Assembly (NCBI RefSeq): GCF_006345805.1
Contig: NC_043003.1
Coordinates: 1,860,001-1,924,000, forward strand
Reading direction: 5' to 3'
Length of the DNA: 64,000 nt
From: Octopus sinensis
Lineage: Eukaryota
A program made the translations under genes and the position numbers. The notes under the pieces are model-generated. The model made no database searches, was not told where the DNA came from, and saw only the letters and a program-made list of their open reading frames with translations. Positions 50,310 through 62,394 of this stretch are shown piece after piece; position 1 is the first letter of the stretch, and every line of letters begins with the position of its first letter.

Positions 50310-50965
50310 ATGATCCATCATCATGATCCATTGTCCATGCTGGCATGGGTTGGACAGTTTGACTGGGCTGGCACGCTAGAAGACTGCACCAGACTCCAGT
50401 CTGATTTGGCATGGTTTTCTACAGCTGGATGCCCTTCCTAATGTCAGCCACTCTGAGAGTGTAATGGGTACTTTTATGTGCCACTGGCACGGGTACCATA
50501 TGTATGACACCGGTATCTACCATGACTGTGATTTTTCTTGGTTCAATGGGTCTTCTTCTCAAGCATGACATAATGCCAAAGGACTCAGTCATTGCCTCCG
50601 TGAGGCCCAACACTCGAAAGGAACTCAGCCACTTTGCCTCCATGAGGCCCAACGTTCAAAGGTTGATTTTAATTTTTGTTGACATGCCACCAGCACGGGT
50701 GCCCTTGGCTTGATGGGTCCTCTTAAGCAGAGCACATCGCCAAAGGTTTCGGTCACAAATCATTGTCTCTGTGAGGTTCAAAGTTCGAAGGCCATGCTTC
50801 ACCACCTCGTCCCTTGTCTTCCTGGATCTACCTCTAACACAAGTTCCTTTCACAGTTAGAGATCGGCACTTCTTTACACAACTGTCCTTGTCCATACACA
50901 TCACATGACCATACCAGTGCAGTCGTCTCTCTTGCACACCACACCTGATGCCTCTTATGTCTGTG
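50310..50965 (-). mobile_element. RTE LINE 3' fragment
   Basis: IRGIRCGVQERRLHWYGHVM..GRSRKTRDEVVKH plus the RTE tail. Confidence 0.85.
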
Positions 50966-51631
50966 AAGCATAATAACATTGCTTTGGCAAAAGTTTTTCA
51001 AAATCTAAAAATCATTGATTTGTTGGGTAGGAGACATTTTGGTGCAGCCGTTTTGGCACCACCAGTTTGGCATTGCTTGTTTGGTGCTGATCTAATCGAC
51101 ATCAGATGTTTTAATGTATCTCTCTTTCTCTTCTCTCCTCCCCCTCTCCCCCATCACTCTCTCTATGTATGTGATCATATTTTTCTTTATGCATATGAAA
51201 GGGAAAGAATTAATGTCAATACAGCATCATCATCATCATCATTTAATGTCCTTTTTCCATGCTGGTATGGGTTGGACAGTTTGACTGAAAACTGGTAAGG
51301 TCCTGAACTGCACCAAACTCCATTCTCTCAAATACTTACCCATTTAGCATTTAAAACCATCAATCTCCTGCCCAAATATTCTACGGGTTTCATGCGGAAA
51401 CTGACCGGATCTGGCCTCTCATGCATACCTTCAATGTCGTTCATAGAAATCTCAAAGCCCTGAGATAATGCATGCCTAATTCAAAACATTGTGGATAAAT
51501 AAGCACTTGACAAAATGACCTGAATGCTAAAAGATTGGAAGTATTATTAACATGGTGCTCCAGTATAGGAGTAAATGTACCCTAAAATGCTGTCCTCCTG
51601 TTATGTGTGATAAACTCATTTTCTGTTACAG

Positions 51632-51739
51632 ATGTATGCATTACAAATGAAGAACACAAGTAAATTTTCAAAAGTAGTAACAAACCTCATTCGGTGTCTC
51701 AGTATTGTAATGATACCAATTGGAGCTTCCGTCCCAAGT
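51632..51739 (+). CDS. COX18: COX18 coding exon 5 (108 nt)
   Basis: cattttctgttacAG|MYALQMKNTSKFSKVVTNLIRCLSIVMIPIGASVPS|GTAAGT. Confidence 0.95.
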
Positions 51740-52642
51740 GTAAGTATTTCCTTTGACAAACCATCACTCATTAACCTTCTATAAATTACTTGTTAATGTA
51801 ACCTTCTGCAGACTTGCAAAAGGCCCGTGCAAGTGCCATCAATTAAAAGCTCTGCAGACCAAACGCCAGTAGATTTCAGGGTTAATCAGGAGAGAATGCA
51901 ACCCATTTCTGTGGCCTTCCTCTTGATGGCTTTGCAGCACACAGCCTTTCTTCCTTCACTGATGAGAGGCCCCATCTACTGGATCGACTGATAAGTAGGT
52001 GGTAGGGGACCTCAGGAAAGAATGTGCACCATTTTGAGGACTTCCTCTCAATAGCTTTACACTCCCCACTGGACTGACTGTCTAGTATTTAACCATCACC
52101 ATCAATGATCTACTGGCGGACCTATCTTTCCTTCCACCTCAGGCCTTTGGCACCAAAATTACCTCCTATAATAGCTTAGAAAAATAAACTGCTGAGCAAA
52201 CTTTATGCTTCCTGTCAGTGGAACGTCTTCTTAGCTTGTAGGAGCAGATTCCTATCAAAGAGTAACGACCTACCAGACTGCTATTCAGGTAATAACATCT
52301 GTAGATGAAGGGATACCACAATGAACATCATGTATCAATGTTCAAGTTTTGCCATACGGTGGAAAACCTCTTGGCAGAGTCTCTCCCCCTCCCCCCTGCA
52401 TTCCAAGAGGCCACCATTTATTTCCCACCACAAATCCTGTCGTGTGCGGCTGTCAACAATGTCCACGAAGGGAGATAACTCCCTGTACTCTCGAACCCAT
52501 GGGGCAGCTCAGAATATCACAATCGCCATTGTTAGCTGCCCTTACACAGTATTTGGCAGCAGTATGACAAATTTTGGCAAAAACATATTCTGCCTGGTTT
52601 TCATGGATTTGTGCTTTATTTTTGGAATAAATAAATAATATA

Positions 52643-53373
52643 CAGTAATCCCTCGACTTTCGCAGGTGTTGCGTTCCAACCCCGCCCCTCCCACCCGAGA
52701 TGGGTGAAAATCCGTGAAGTAGAAACAGTTCTGTATTCTTTTATTCTTTCTTTTTTCCTCTTGTTTCAGTCATTGTGACTGTGGCCATGCTGGAGCACTG
52801 TCTTTAGTCGAGCAAATCGAGCCCAGGACTTATTCTTTGTAAGCCTAGTACTTATTCTATTGGTCTCTTTAGCCAAACCGCTAAGTTACAGGGACGTAAA
52901 TACATCAGCATCGGATGTTGGGGGGACAAACACAGAAACACACATATATGCGACAGTCTTCTTTCAGTTTCCGTCTATCAAATCCACTCACAAGGTTTTG
53001 GTCAGCCTAAATCGTCTAACCACATAAAATATTTTCATTTGTAATATTACATTATGTGGTTAGAGGATTTAGTGTCTATTTTTCAGCATATTGGCAAAGA
53101 AAATTTTTTCTTTTTGCCCTTATTTATAATTTTATAATTTTCACCTTAAGACACTTGCCCAAGGTGCCACACAGTGGGACTGAACTCGGAACCATGTGAT
53201 TGGTAAGCAAGCTACTTACCACACAGCCCCTCCTGTGCCTATACCTTATTTTTAATTATTTTTATTTGTATATATTTATTTTATTATAAATACAAAACAA
53301 CACCACGGTGGAATTGATGTAAGCTTAAATGATAACCGCAAAAGGTGAACCGTGATATGGTGAGGGATTATTG
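52643..53373. mobile_element. pogo/Tigger-type MITE carrying a nested SINE, which itself carries a foldback fragment
   Basis: TA|CAGTAATCCCTCG ... GAGGGATTATTG|TA; SINE at ~52760-53240; insert at 53008-53143. Confidence 0.75.
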
Positions 53374-54304
53374 TATTGCCTCTTCATGTTGGAATAATGT
53401 GGACCATCAAGTCATCGTGGGTGAAGGATGACGGATGACCTGCACGGGTGACTGGCGACTTTAGTTAAACTGAAGAAAGAGGTGCATGCCATCCACCTCA
53501 TCACTCTCGTCCGTGGGCAAAAACCAGGAGAAAGACAACCTGGGATGGAGACAGATGCAGTGGATTATCAAGATGCCTACTTGCCTTGCCTTGCTCTCTG
53601 CACCTGCAATGTGTTGCTGCATGTACAGAAATATGCACATACAGATAGAAAGAGAGAGAGGGGAGGAAGGAGAGAGAGAAATGTTGGTTTCAAATTTTTG
53701 CACAAGGCCAGCATGTTTGGGGGGGAGGGAGTAAGTCTATTACATTGACCCCAGTGTTCAGTTGATACTTATTTTATTGACCCCGAAAAGGGAGAAAGGC
53801 AAAGTCAACCTTGGTGGAATTTGAACTCGGAAAGTAATGATGGACAAAATACCACAAACCATTTTGCCCAGTGTGCTGGTGGCACGTAAAAGACACTAAT
53901 TCAGCATGGTTGATGCCAGTACTGCCTGAGTGGTCCCTCATGCCGGTGGCACATAAAAAGCACCCACTACACTCTCAGAGTGGTTGGTGTTAGGAAAGGC
54001 ATCCAGCTGTAGAAACCTTGCCAGATCAGATTGGAGCCTGGCTCGCCACTCCTTAGTCAAACAGTCCAACCCATGCTAGCATGGAAAGCGGATGATGATG
54101 CTAACGATTCTGTCATCTCACCACCCTCAATAGGGGAAACATTAAAATGTCTGGTGTTAAATAAGTCAGTGTTGAGTCAGTGGCACCAAAAAGGCGATGG
54201 CAAATTGTTGGTGCCACAATGGCAATGCCTAAATGTCTTATAATTCATGTTGTTATGAATTTTTTCAAATTTTATTAAATAATTTTTATTTTCATTCTTT
54301 TTAG

Positions 54305-54478
54305 TGTATGTGTTGGTATTGGACATGTTCCAGCCTTTATGGTCTTCTTCAGAACATTGTGTTGAAATTTCCCAAAGTCAAGCGAACTCTCAAGATTCCA
54401 GAAACACCAAGTGAAAGTAAACAGCCACTTCAAGACCTTTTCGCTGCTGCTAAAAAGAAGTACACCTGGAAGAAATAG
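54305..54478 (+). CDS. COX18: COX18 coding exon 6 (last); total CDS 1191 nt = 396 aa + stop
   Basis: ttcattctttttAG|CMCWYWTCSSLYGLLQNIVLKFPKVKRTLKIPETPSESKQPLQDLF...KK*; matches human LYWLCSSFVGLSQNLLL..IP..SETPYKD as recalled. Confidence 0.95.
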   Translation, partial: CMCWYWTCSSLYGLLQNIVLKFPKVKRTLKIPETPSESKQPLQDLFAAAKKKYTWKK

Positions 54479-54653
54479 GGCCATACTTTTGGATTTTCCA
54501 AAAAGAGAAAAAAAAAATTCTTCCCTTTTTTTTTTCTTTTTTTTTAGAAAAATACTCTCATGTTTTCAATTTTTACCTCAAATTTAGTTTTTACTTATTT
54601 AAAAAAACAGAATTTCTTGTTTGCTCTTTTTGACAGAATTGTCTTTTTTTATT

Positions 54654-54659
54654 AATAAA
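54654..54659 (+). promoter_or_regulatory. Candidate COX18 polyadenylation signal
   Basis: AATAAA ~175 nt after the stop, followed by a GT/T-rich tract (tttgttgtttttt). Confidence 0.5.
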
Positions 54660-55446
54660 ATTTTAATAAGAAATTTGTTGTTTTTATGATAATAATAATA
54701 AAGAAATTATTGTGTCTAGTGCTCAGGTGCACCACAACTCATCAAATGTGCATGTGCAATACATAGTACTTTATATATCTAATATTTTTACAACTGTATT
54801 TAAGAAGTAGGGTACCTGTGTAGTGGTGGCAGTGGTGGGGACGTTGTTGTACCTCCTCCTCCTCCTCCTCCTTCACTTCCCCTGATTTATCTATGATACA
54901 CATAAGCTCCCTAGCACCTTGGGCAAATGTCTTCTTTAGCCCTGGGCTCACCAATGCCTTGTGAGTGGATTTGGTAAATGGAAACTGTGTAGAAGTTCAT
55001 TATATATATATATATATCATCATCATCATCATCATTGTTTAACGTCCGCTTTCCATGCTAGCATGGATTGGACGGTTCAACTGGGGTCTGGGAAGCTCGA
55101 AGGCTGCACCAGGCCAGTCAGATCTGGCAGTGTTTCTACGGCTGGATGCCCTTTCTAACGCCAACCACTCCGTGAGTGTAGTGGGTGCTTTTTATGTGCC
55201 ACCGACACAGGTGCCAGACGAGTCTGGCGAATGGCCACGCTCGGATGGTGTTTGTTACGTGCCACTGGCACGGAGGCCAGGCGAGGCTGCACGGCCACAA
55301 TCGGATGGTGTTTGTTACGTGCCCACAGCACGGAGGCCAGTCGATGCGGTACTGGCTATGGCCACGTTCGGATGGTTTTCTTATGTGCCACCGGCACTGG
55401 TACCACAAAAATACAAATTCCATTGATGTTCATCGATTTTGATTTG

Positions 55447-55488
<42 letters not shown>

Positions 55489-55550
55489 CAAAAACGGTAA
55501 GATAACAAAAGAAAGAAAGAGACCTCAATATTATGTAAATAGAGGAAATT

Positions 55551-55766
55551 TATCTATAAAATAATATGTTACATTACTCGGTAGTCAAGATAAAACTCTG
55601 AGTTTCAGATGCCGAAGTGGAAATCCACAACACCATCTCTTCGGTTATCTGGCTATTAAATAGCCAGATAACCGAAGAGATGGTGTTGTGGATTTCCACT
55701 TCGGCATCTGAAACTCAGAGTTTTATCTTGACTATTGAATAATGGTAACATATTATTTTATAGATA
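55551..55766. repeat. Inverted repeat of a PLE-type tail: perfect 76-bp arms (55582-55657 / 55659-55734) with a 1-nt loop, plus ~31-bp imperfect outer arms
   Basis: tagtcaagataaaactctgag...ctggctatt A aatagccag...ctcagagttttatcttgacta, read base by base. Confidence 0.95.
55666..55728 (+). ncRNA. Variant type I hammerhead motif in the right arm of the palindrome (antisense twin in the left arm)
   Basis: agataa-CCGAAGA-gatg(22 nt)catc-t-GAAA-ctc a gag-TT-ttatct. Stem I 6 bp, stem II 4 bp plus an inner gtgga/tccac hairpin, stem III ACTC/GAGT, GUU site. It carries U4C and one extra base before G12. Confidence 0.55.
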
Positions 55767-55898
55767 TATATATATAGGTAGCAGAAATAGCTGTTAGCAA
55801 TGTTAAAGTTTTGTATTAAAATAAATAATAACCGATGGTAATTAGTTTGTCTGTTGATCAAAATTTTTTCCATTTTCTGCTTAATTTATATATATGCA

Positions 55899-56095
55899 AT
55901 TATAAATAAGGGCAAAAAGAAAAAATTCTTTGCCAATATGCTGAAAAATAGACACTAAATCGTCTAACCACAAAATATTTTCATTTGTATTATTACATTA
56001 TGTGGTTATTACATTTTATGTGGTTAGAGGATTTAGCGTCTATTTTTCAGCATATTGGCAAAGAAAATCTTTTCTTTTTGCCCTTATTTATAATT
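55899..56095. mobile_element. AT-rich foldback/MITE-like inverted repeat (~75-bp imperfect arms)
   Basis: aattataaataagggcaaaa...atatgctgaaaaatagacactaaatc versus gatttagcgtctatttttcagcatat...tttgcccttatttataatt. Confidence 0.8.
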
Positions 56096-56437
56096 TTATA
56101 ATTTTCAATTTAAAAGGTATTTTTCATATGCTGGCTACTGATAAAATTTTTAATAAAATTTCATCCTTATATTAGAAGCATATATACATACATACATACA
56201 TATATAATGGCCCCCGTGCCGGTGGCACGTAAAAAGCACCCACTACACTCACGGAGTGGTTGGCGTTAGGAAGGGCATCCAGCCGTAGAAACACTGCCAG
56301 ATCAGACTGGGCCTGATGCAGCCTTCTGGCTTCACAGACCCCAGTTGAACCGTCCAACCCATGCTAGCATGGAAAACGGACGCTAAATAATGATGATGAT
56401 GATGATGATGATATATAAATATCTATCTATCTATCTA

Positions 56438-56501
<64 letters not shown>

Positions 56502-56882
56502 GTAAATACCAAAAAACAACAACACGAAGACATGGTACATGTAAAGTATTACCAGACGCTTAGAGAAGAAAAGATGGTTTAACATTTCAAGCAAAGCTCT
56601 TCTTCACAAACAGGAGACAGGAAAGTCCAATAGAAAAGGAAGACAGAAGCAAAAAATTGCCAACAATTCACATGTTGCATTTTGAAAGATTATTATATAC
56701 TCTAGGAAAACTATATTCAGAATTATCCAATGGAATATATCTCTAAATTCTTATCTTATGAGAATATTATTGGATTTATATATCAACTGTTGAATAACAT
56801 ATTTCGAATACCTGAGAGGAAACCGGTAAACGTGTTGAGTAATCCCTTACTATTTACAAATATGTATATATATATATATATA

Positions 56883-58474
56883 TCATCATCATCATCAACG
56901 TCCGTTTTCCGCGCTAGCACGGGTTGGACGGTTCGACCGGGGTCTGGGAAGCCAGGGCTGCCCCAGGCTCCAGTCTAGTCTGGCAGTGTTTCTACAGCTG
57001 GATGCCCTTCCTAACGCCAACCACTCCGCGAGTGTAGTGGGTGCTTTTTATGTGCCACCTGCACAGGTGCCAGGGAGGGGTCTGGCATCGCCCACGATCA
57101 GTTGGTGCTTTTAACGTGCCACCGGCACAGAGGCCAGCCAAGGCGGCGCTGGCATCGGCCACGTTCGGATGGTGCTTTTTATGTGCCACCGGCACAGAAG
57201 CCAGTTGAGGTGGCGTTGGCAACGGCCACGTTCGGATGGTGCTTTTTATGTGCCACCAACACAGGTATCAGAACTACTGTTTCGATGTTTGTGTACATGC
57301 ACTTGACTCAACGGGTCTCCTCAAGCACAGCAAGACGTTCCGGGATCCAAGGTACTTTGCATGGGCAGGGGCTATGCGGAACTGGAGCCGGAAGCGTCCC
57401 GGGTCTTAGTAGTCACAGCACATCTCCAGAGATCTCGGTCCTTTGCCATAGTTCAGTGAGGCCCAATGCTCTGAGGTCATGCTTGTCTACCTCATCCCAT
57501 GTCTTCCTGGGTCTACCTCTCCCCCTGATTCCTTCAACTGTTTGGGAGTGGCACTTCTTCACACATCTCTCCTCATCCATCCGCAGTACATGACCATACC
57601 ATCGCAAGTGTCACTCTTGCACACTGCATCTGATGCTTCTTATGTCTAGCTTTTCTCTCAGGGTGCTTACACTCTGTCGTGCATTCACACTGACATTACA
57701 CATCCAGCGGATCATGCTAGCTTCATTTCTTTCAAGTCTACACATGTCCTCTGCAGTCACAGCCCATATTTCACTACCGTGAAGCATGGCGGTTTGCACA
57801 CATGCATCATACAATCTACCTTTCACTCTGAGTGAGAGACCCTTTGTCGCCAGTAGGGGTAGGAGCTTTCTAAACTTTGCCCAGGCTATTCGTATTCTAG
57901 TGGTGACACTCTCTGAGCATCCACCTCCACTACTAACTTGGTCACCCAGGTAGCGGAAACTATCAACTACTTCTAGTTTCTTCCCTGGAGTGTGATGGAA
58001 TCTGTTTTCTGAGTATTGTGGTGTCTATTTCCCTGTGCATCTGCCGCACATGAAAGCTATCTTATCAGTTATTTCCCTTTGATGTTGCTGCACCTCTTAT
58101 GCGTCCATAGCTTACACTGGGTGCATCTTATGGAGTTTCTACCTACACCTTTCCTACAGATTGAGCAGGGCCACCTACCCGAGGGGATGTGTGCTGAGTA
58201 CCTCTTGCTGCTTACTAATACTTTGGTCTTTGCTACATTTATTCTAAGGCCCTTTGATTCCAACCCTTGCTTCCACACCCGAAATTTCTTTTCTAGTTCC
58301 GGTAGTGATTCTGCTATGAGAGCCAGGTCATCAGCATAGAGGAGCTCCCAGGGGCAACCTGTTTTGAATTCCTTTGTTATTGCCTGGAGGACTATGATGA
58401 ATAAAAGGGGACTGAGGGCTGAGCCTTGGTGTACACCTACTTCTACCCGGAATTCTTAATTATATTCGTTGCCA
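56883..58474 (-). mobile_element. Second 5'-truncated RTE LINE copy, same subfamily as 18084-20184
   Basis: HQGSALSPLLF, YADD, the PHD-like CSICRKGVGRNSIRCTQCKLWTHKRC, FRYLG and GRPRKTW; very similar to the first copy by eye. Confidence 0.94.
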
Positions 58475-58493
58475 AATATATAGATATATATAC

Positions 58494-58524
<31 letters not shown>

Positions 58525-59013
58525 ATATATACATATATATATATATAAATATATACATATATATATAAATATATACATATATATTATATATAAAATATAC
58601 ATATATAATATATACATATATAAATATATACATATATAAATATATACATATATAAATATATAATATATAAATATATACATATATAAAATATACATATATA
58701 TAAATATATACATATAATATAAAATATATACATATATAATATATAATATATATATATAAATAATCAATATATACATATATATATAATAAATATAAAATAT
58801 ATACAATAAAATATATACATAAATAAATATATTACATATATATATAAATATATATACATATATAAATATATACATATATATAAATATATACATATATATA
58901 TATAAATATATACATATATAAATATATACATATTATATATATAAATATATACATATATATATATATAAATATATACATATATATATAATAATATATACAA
59001 TATATATATATAA

Positions 59014-59057
<44 letters not shown>

Positions 59058-59102
59058 GTATATATATAAATATATATATACATATGTATATATATAAATA
59101 TA

Positions 59103-59134
<32 letters not shown>

Positions 59135-59450
59135 AATATATTCATATATATATATATATAATATATACATATATATATAAATATATACATATATATATAC
59201 ATATATATATATATATAAATATATACATATATAATATATATATAAATATATACATCATCATCATCATCATCATCGTTTAGCGTCCGTTTTCCATGCTAGC
59301 ATGGGTTGGACGGTTCTACTGGGGTCTGTGAAGCCAGAAGGCTTCATCAGGCCCAGTCAAATCTGGCATGTTTCTACGGCTGGATGCCCTTCTAACGCCA
59401 ACCACATATAAATATATACATATATATATATATATATAAATATATACATA

Positions 59451-59481
<31 letters not shown>

Positions 59482-59596
59482 ATATATATATAAATATACA
59501 TATACATATATAAATATATACATATACATATATAATATATATATATAAAATAATACTATATATATATATATATAAATATATACATATAATATATAC
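58475..59596. repeat. ~1.1-kb (TA)n-rich microsatellite with an RTE-tail insertion at ~59255-59404
   Basis: Direct reading. Confidence 0.95.
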
Positions 59597-59627
59597 GCGA
59601 GAAAGAAGCAAACAAGAATGGATAGGT

Positions 59628-59719
59628 TTTTAGTACGATCGTTTCATACAAGGACAGGTTTTATTAAAAGTTGCAAAGATTACAGCATATAAACGAAGTC
59701 CCGTACTCATCAGCTAAAA
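59628..59719 (-). ncRNA. Type I hammerhead ribozyme motif, left-arm copy
   Basis: Minus strand: ttttag-CTGATGA-gtacgggac(42 nt)gtccttgtat-GAAACGATCGTA-ctaaaa. Confidence 0.75.
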
Positions 59720-61383
59720 TACATGTAAGTTCTCTAGACCATCCTAGTGTTTGAGGCTATACTCATGAAGTAATGTAGATAATTAAACAGATTTCTAAAG
59801 TTCATTAAAGTTCTTTAAAGATGATGTACAGTCTTATCACAGAATTTTAAAAAAGTTTTGATAGCATCACAGAGAAGGTGACCTAATCCATATGAATTTC
59901 CATAGATAGGATGAGGATTATATACTCACAGAAGACAATTTTATCCATTGTTAATTACAACGAGGTGGGTCTCAATTCCTGCTTATTAGCATTACAGAGA
60001 GGGTGAATTAATCCTTGTATATATGCACAGATTCCAATGTTGTGTAGATGTAAATTTCCAGAGAAATGGAGATGAATTTCATATTACAGGCGATAAATTT
60101 TACAATGGTTGAACACAATGAGGTAGGTATCAATCCTTGTTATATGATTAGGTGTTGCCATATTAATCACATTACTGCTATTCACAAGAGGCTGTAGCTA
60201 TTTAACTCTTAAAGGCTGAAAGGCTTACTAGATCGGCCAAGAATAGAGAAGGGAATAGAAGAAAAGAGAGAAAATAATGGAGGAGGGAGCAAAAAAGGGG
60301 GGGGGGGAGAGGGGGGACTAAAAGAGAAGAGAAAAGGAAACAGAGAATAAGAAGAAAAAGAAGAAAAAGAAAAAAGAGAAAAGAGAAAGAAATAGGGAAA
60401 GAAGGGAAAAAAAGAAAAAGAAAAAAAAAGAGGGTTCTAGCTATACAGAAGAGTTAGTAGACTGTAAGTCTGGTTTTAATCAACAGGCATCTAGGAACTA
60501 GAGGAGAATATTATTCTTTGACCAGTAAACCATTAATTTATTGCTGTTGAAATCAGCTATGAGTTTAAAGAGAATCTAAAGAGATAACACAGTCAGGGGT
60601 TAAGGGGTCAGATGCTAAAATCACCAGAAAATACATTAGGAAAATCTAAGTATAATCTTATCAAAAAGTCATTAAAAATTTACTTATTTAATTTATTCAT
60701 TTTATTGTCTTAAGGAGTTGTCGTTATTATTCATACATTGACTGACTACAGGTCAAATCTTATAAGATCATTTACAAGGTTAGGGGATTGTCTATCATAA
60801 TGAAGATAATCATATTATCACCGAGGGAATAGCCTTATTTATTTAATTATGAAATAGAATTATGGGGTACAGTAACTAATTATAATTTATTAGAGTTATG
60901 CTATTTAAATTAGATAAGTTAGGAATTAAAATTAAATATACAATTAAGATTTAAAATTAAGAATTTAAAAATTGTGAGTTTGAAATTAAATAAAGCCTCA
61001 ATAAGTAGCGAATAAGTACTATTCATTTCCCTGTTCTCAAAAAACTGATGCAGATATAAGGAAAAAGATAAAGATAACTGTAATGTGAGAACTCTTAGTT
61101 ATCTACTTAAAGCAGTGCTATACTAGTAGAAATCAAGTTATATCTATCTATCTAGTTATGAATATTCCAATATTTTAAATATTTTAAAGTCTTCAATTTA
61201 GCGTGGACAAAAACTTGACCTAGTTCGATATGGTTATTCAATAAGTTTCTATGTTACTATGCTTTAGAATTTCGTACGTCTCCATGGAGCATAGTGACAA
61301 CCAACCCTACTATTTTTATACGGAATTGCTCTCCTAACTATTTCCCAATTAAGGGTATAATTTTTATATTATTTTTGAGTTCT

Positions 61384-62394
61384 CATAGATATCATAGAAT
61401 TATTTCTAGGAAAACAGTTAGGATTTCTTATTCAACATCCCAAATATGTCCATTTAATAGCTAAAATAATAATAACAACATTAAAACGCCAGGAAGATAG
61501 AATAAAAATAATAATATCAGAATGAATACCAATAGCAATAACAATAATACTACCAACAATAAAAACAGCAATAGGAACTATCAAAACATAGGTGAAATTA
61601 GTAACCACAGAATGACTAATAACATTAACATTAATAGTAATAATAATAATGCCGATATTAATAGAATAGTAATATTGTTAATAATAGAAAATAATAGAAA
61701 TAAGGCTAATGGAGAAAATAAGGAGAATGAAAATATCAGTGATTATCTAACAATAATATACAGTTGGATAAAAAAGACTAACAATAATAATAAACATTAC
61801 GAATAATATAAGAAATCTTGGTAGGACTTTACACCTAAATGATGAAACAGAAGGATCAATAAATAATAACAATACTTTAGATATTAGCACCAACTATAGA
61901 ATGATAATCAAAATAATAGGAACCTTAAACATCTACCCAGGAATAATCCAAGGCCTGAAGTTGTTCCTCCTGTGTGTAAGTGTAGAATAAAATCAAAATG
62001 CCCGGCACCTGGTCTATGTAGGGAAAATAATGTAATCTATAAATGTACCATATCCACGGAGAATAACAAATATTTTTACATGGCTGTACAATTAATTTTT
62101 AGCTAGAGTTAGAAATCACATCTCGACTTTTAAATTACGTCATAAAGCTGGTACCACCACACTTTCAAACAAAATCTGGGAACTCAAAAATAATAATAAA
62201 AATTATACCCTTAATTGGGAAATAGTTAGGAGAGCAATTCCGTATAAAAATAGTAGGGTTGGTTGTCAACTATGCTCCATGGAGACGTACGAAATTCTAA
62301 AGCATAGTAAACATAGAAACTTATTGAAAACCATATCGAACTAGGTCAAGTTTGTGTCCACGCTAAATTGAAGACTTTAAAATATTTTAAATGA
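61384..62394 (+). pseudogene. Frameshifted PLE ORF C-terminus: RT thumb end, Asn-rich linker, CxCx5C motif, GIY-YIG endonuclease
   Basis: HRYHRIISRKTVRISYSTS(P)NMSHLIAK; CKCRIKSKCPAPGLCRENNVIYKC..YFYIGCT (after a 1-nt correction); RVRNH..TTLSNKIWELK..NWEIVRRAIPY..CQLCSMETYEI..NLL..CVHAKLK*. The breaks are single-base indels, mostly in homopolymers. Confidence 0.88.

Noticed and set aside
61522-61806. Asn-rich 94-aa ORF as an independent gene
   Set aside because: It is part of the frameshifted PLE linker between RT thumb and GIY-YIG.
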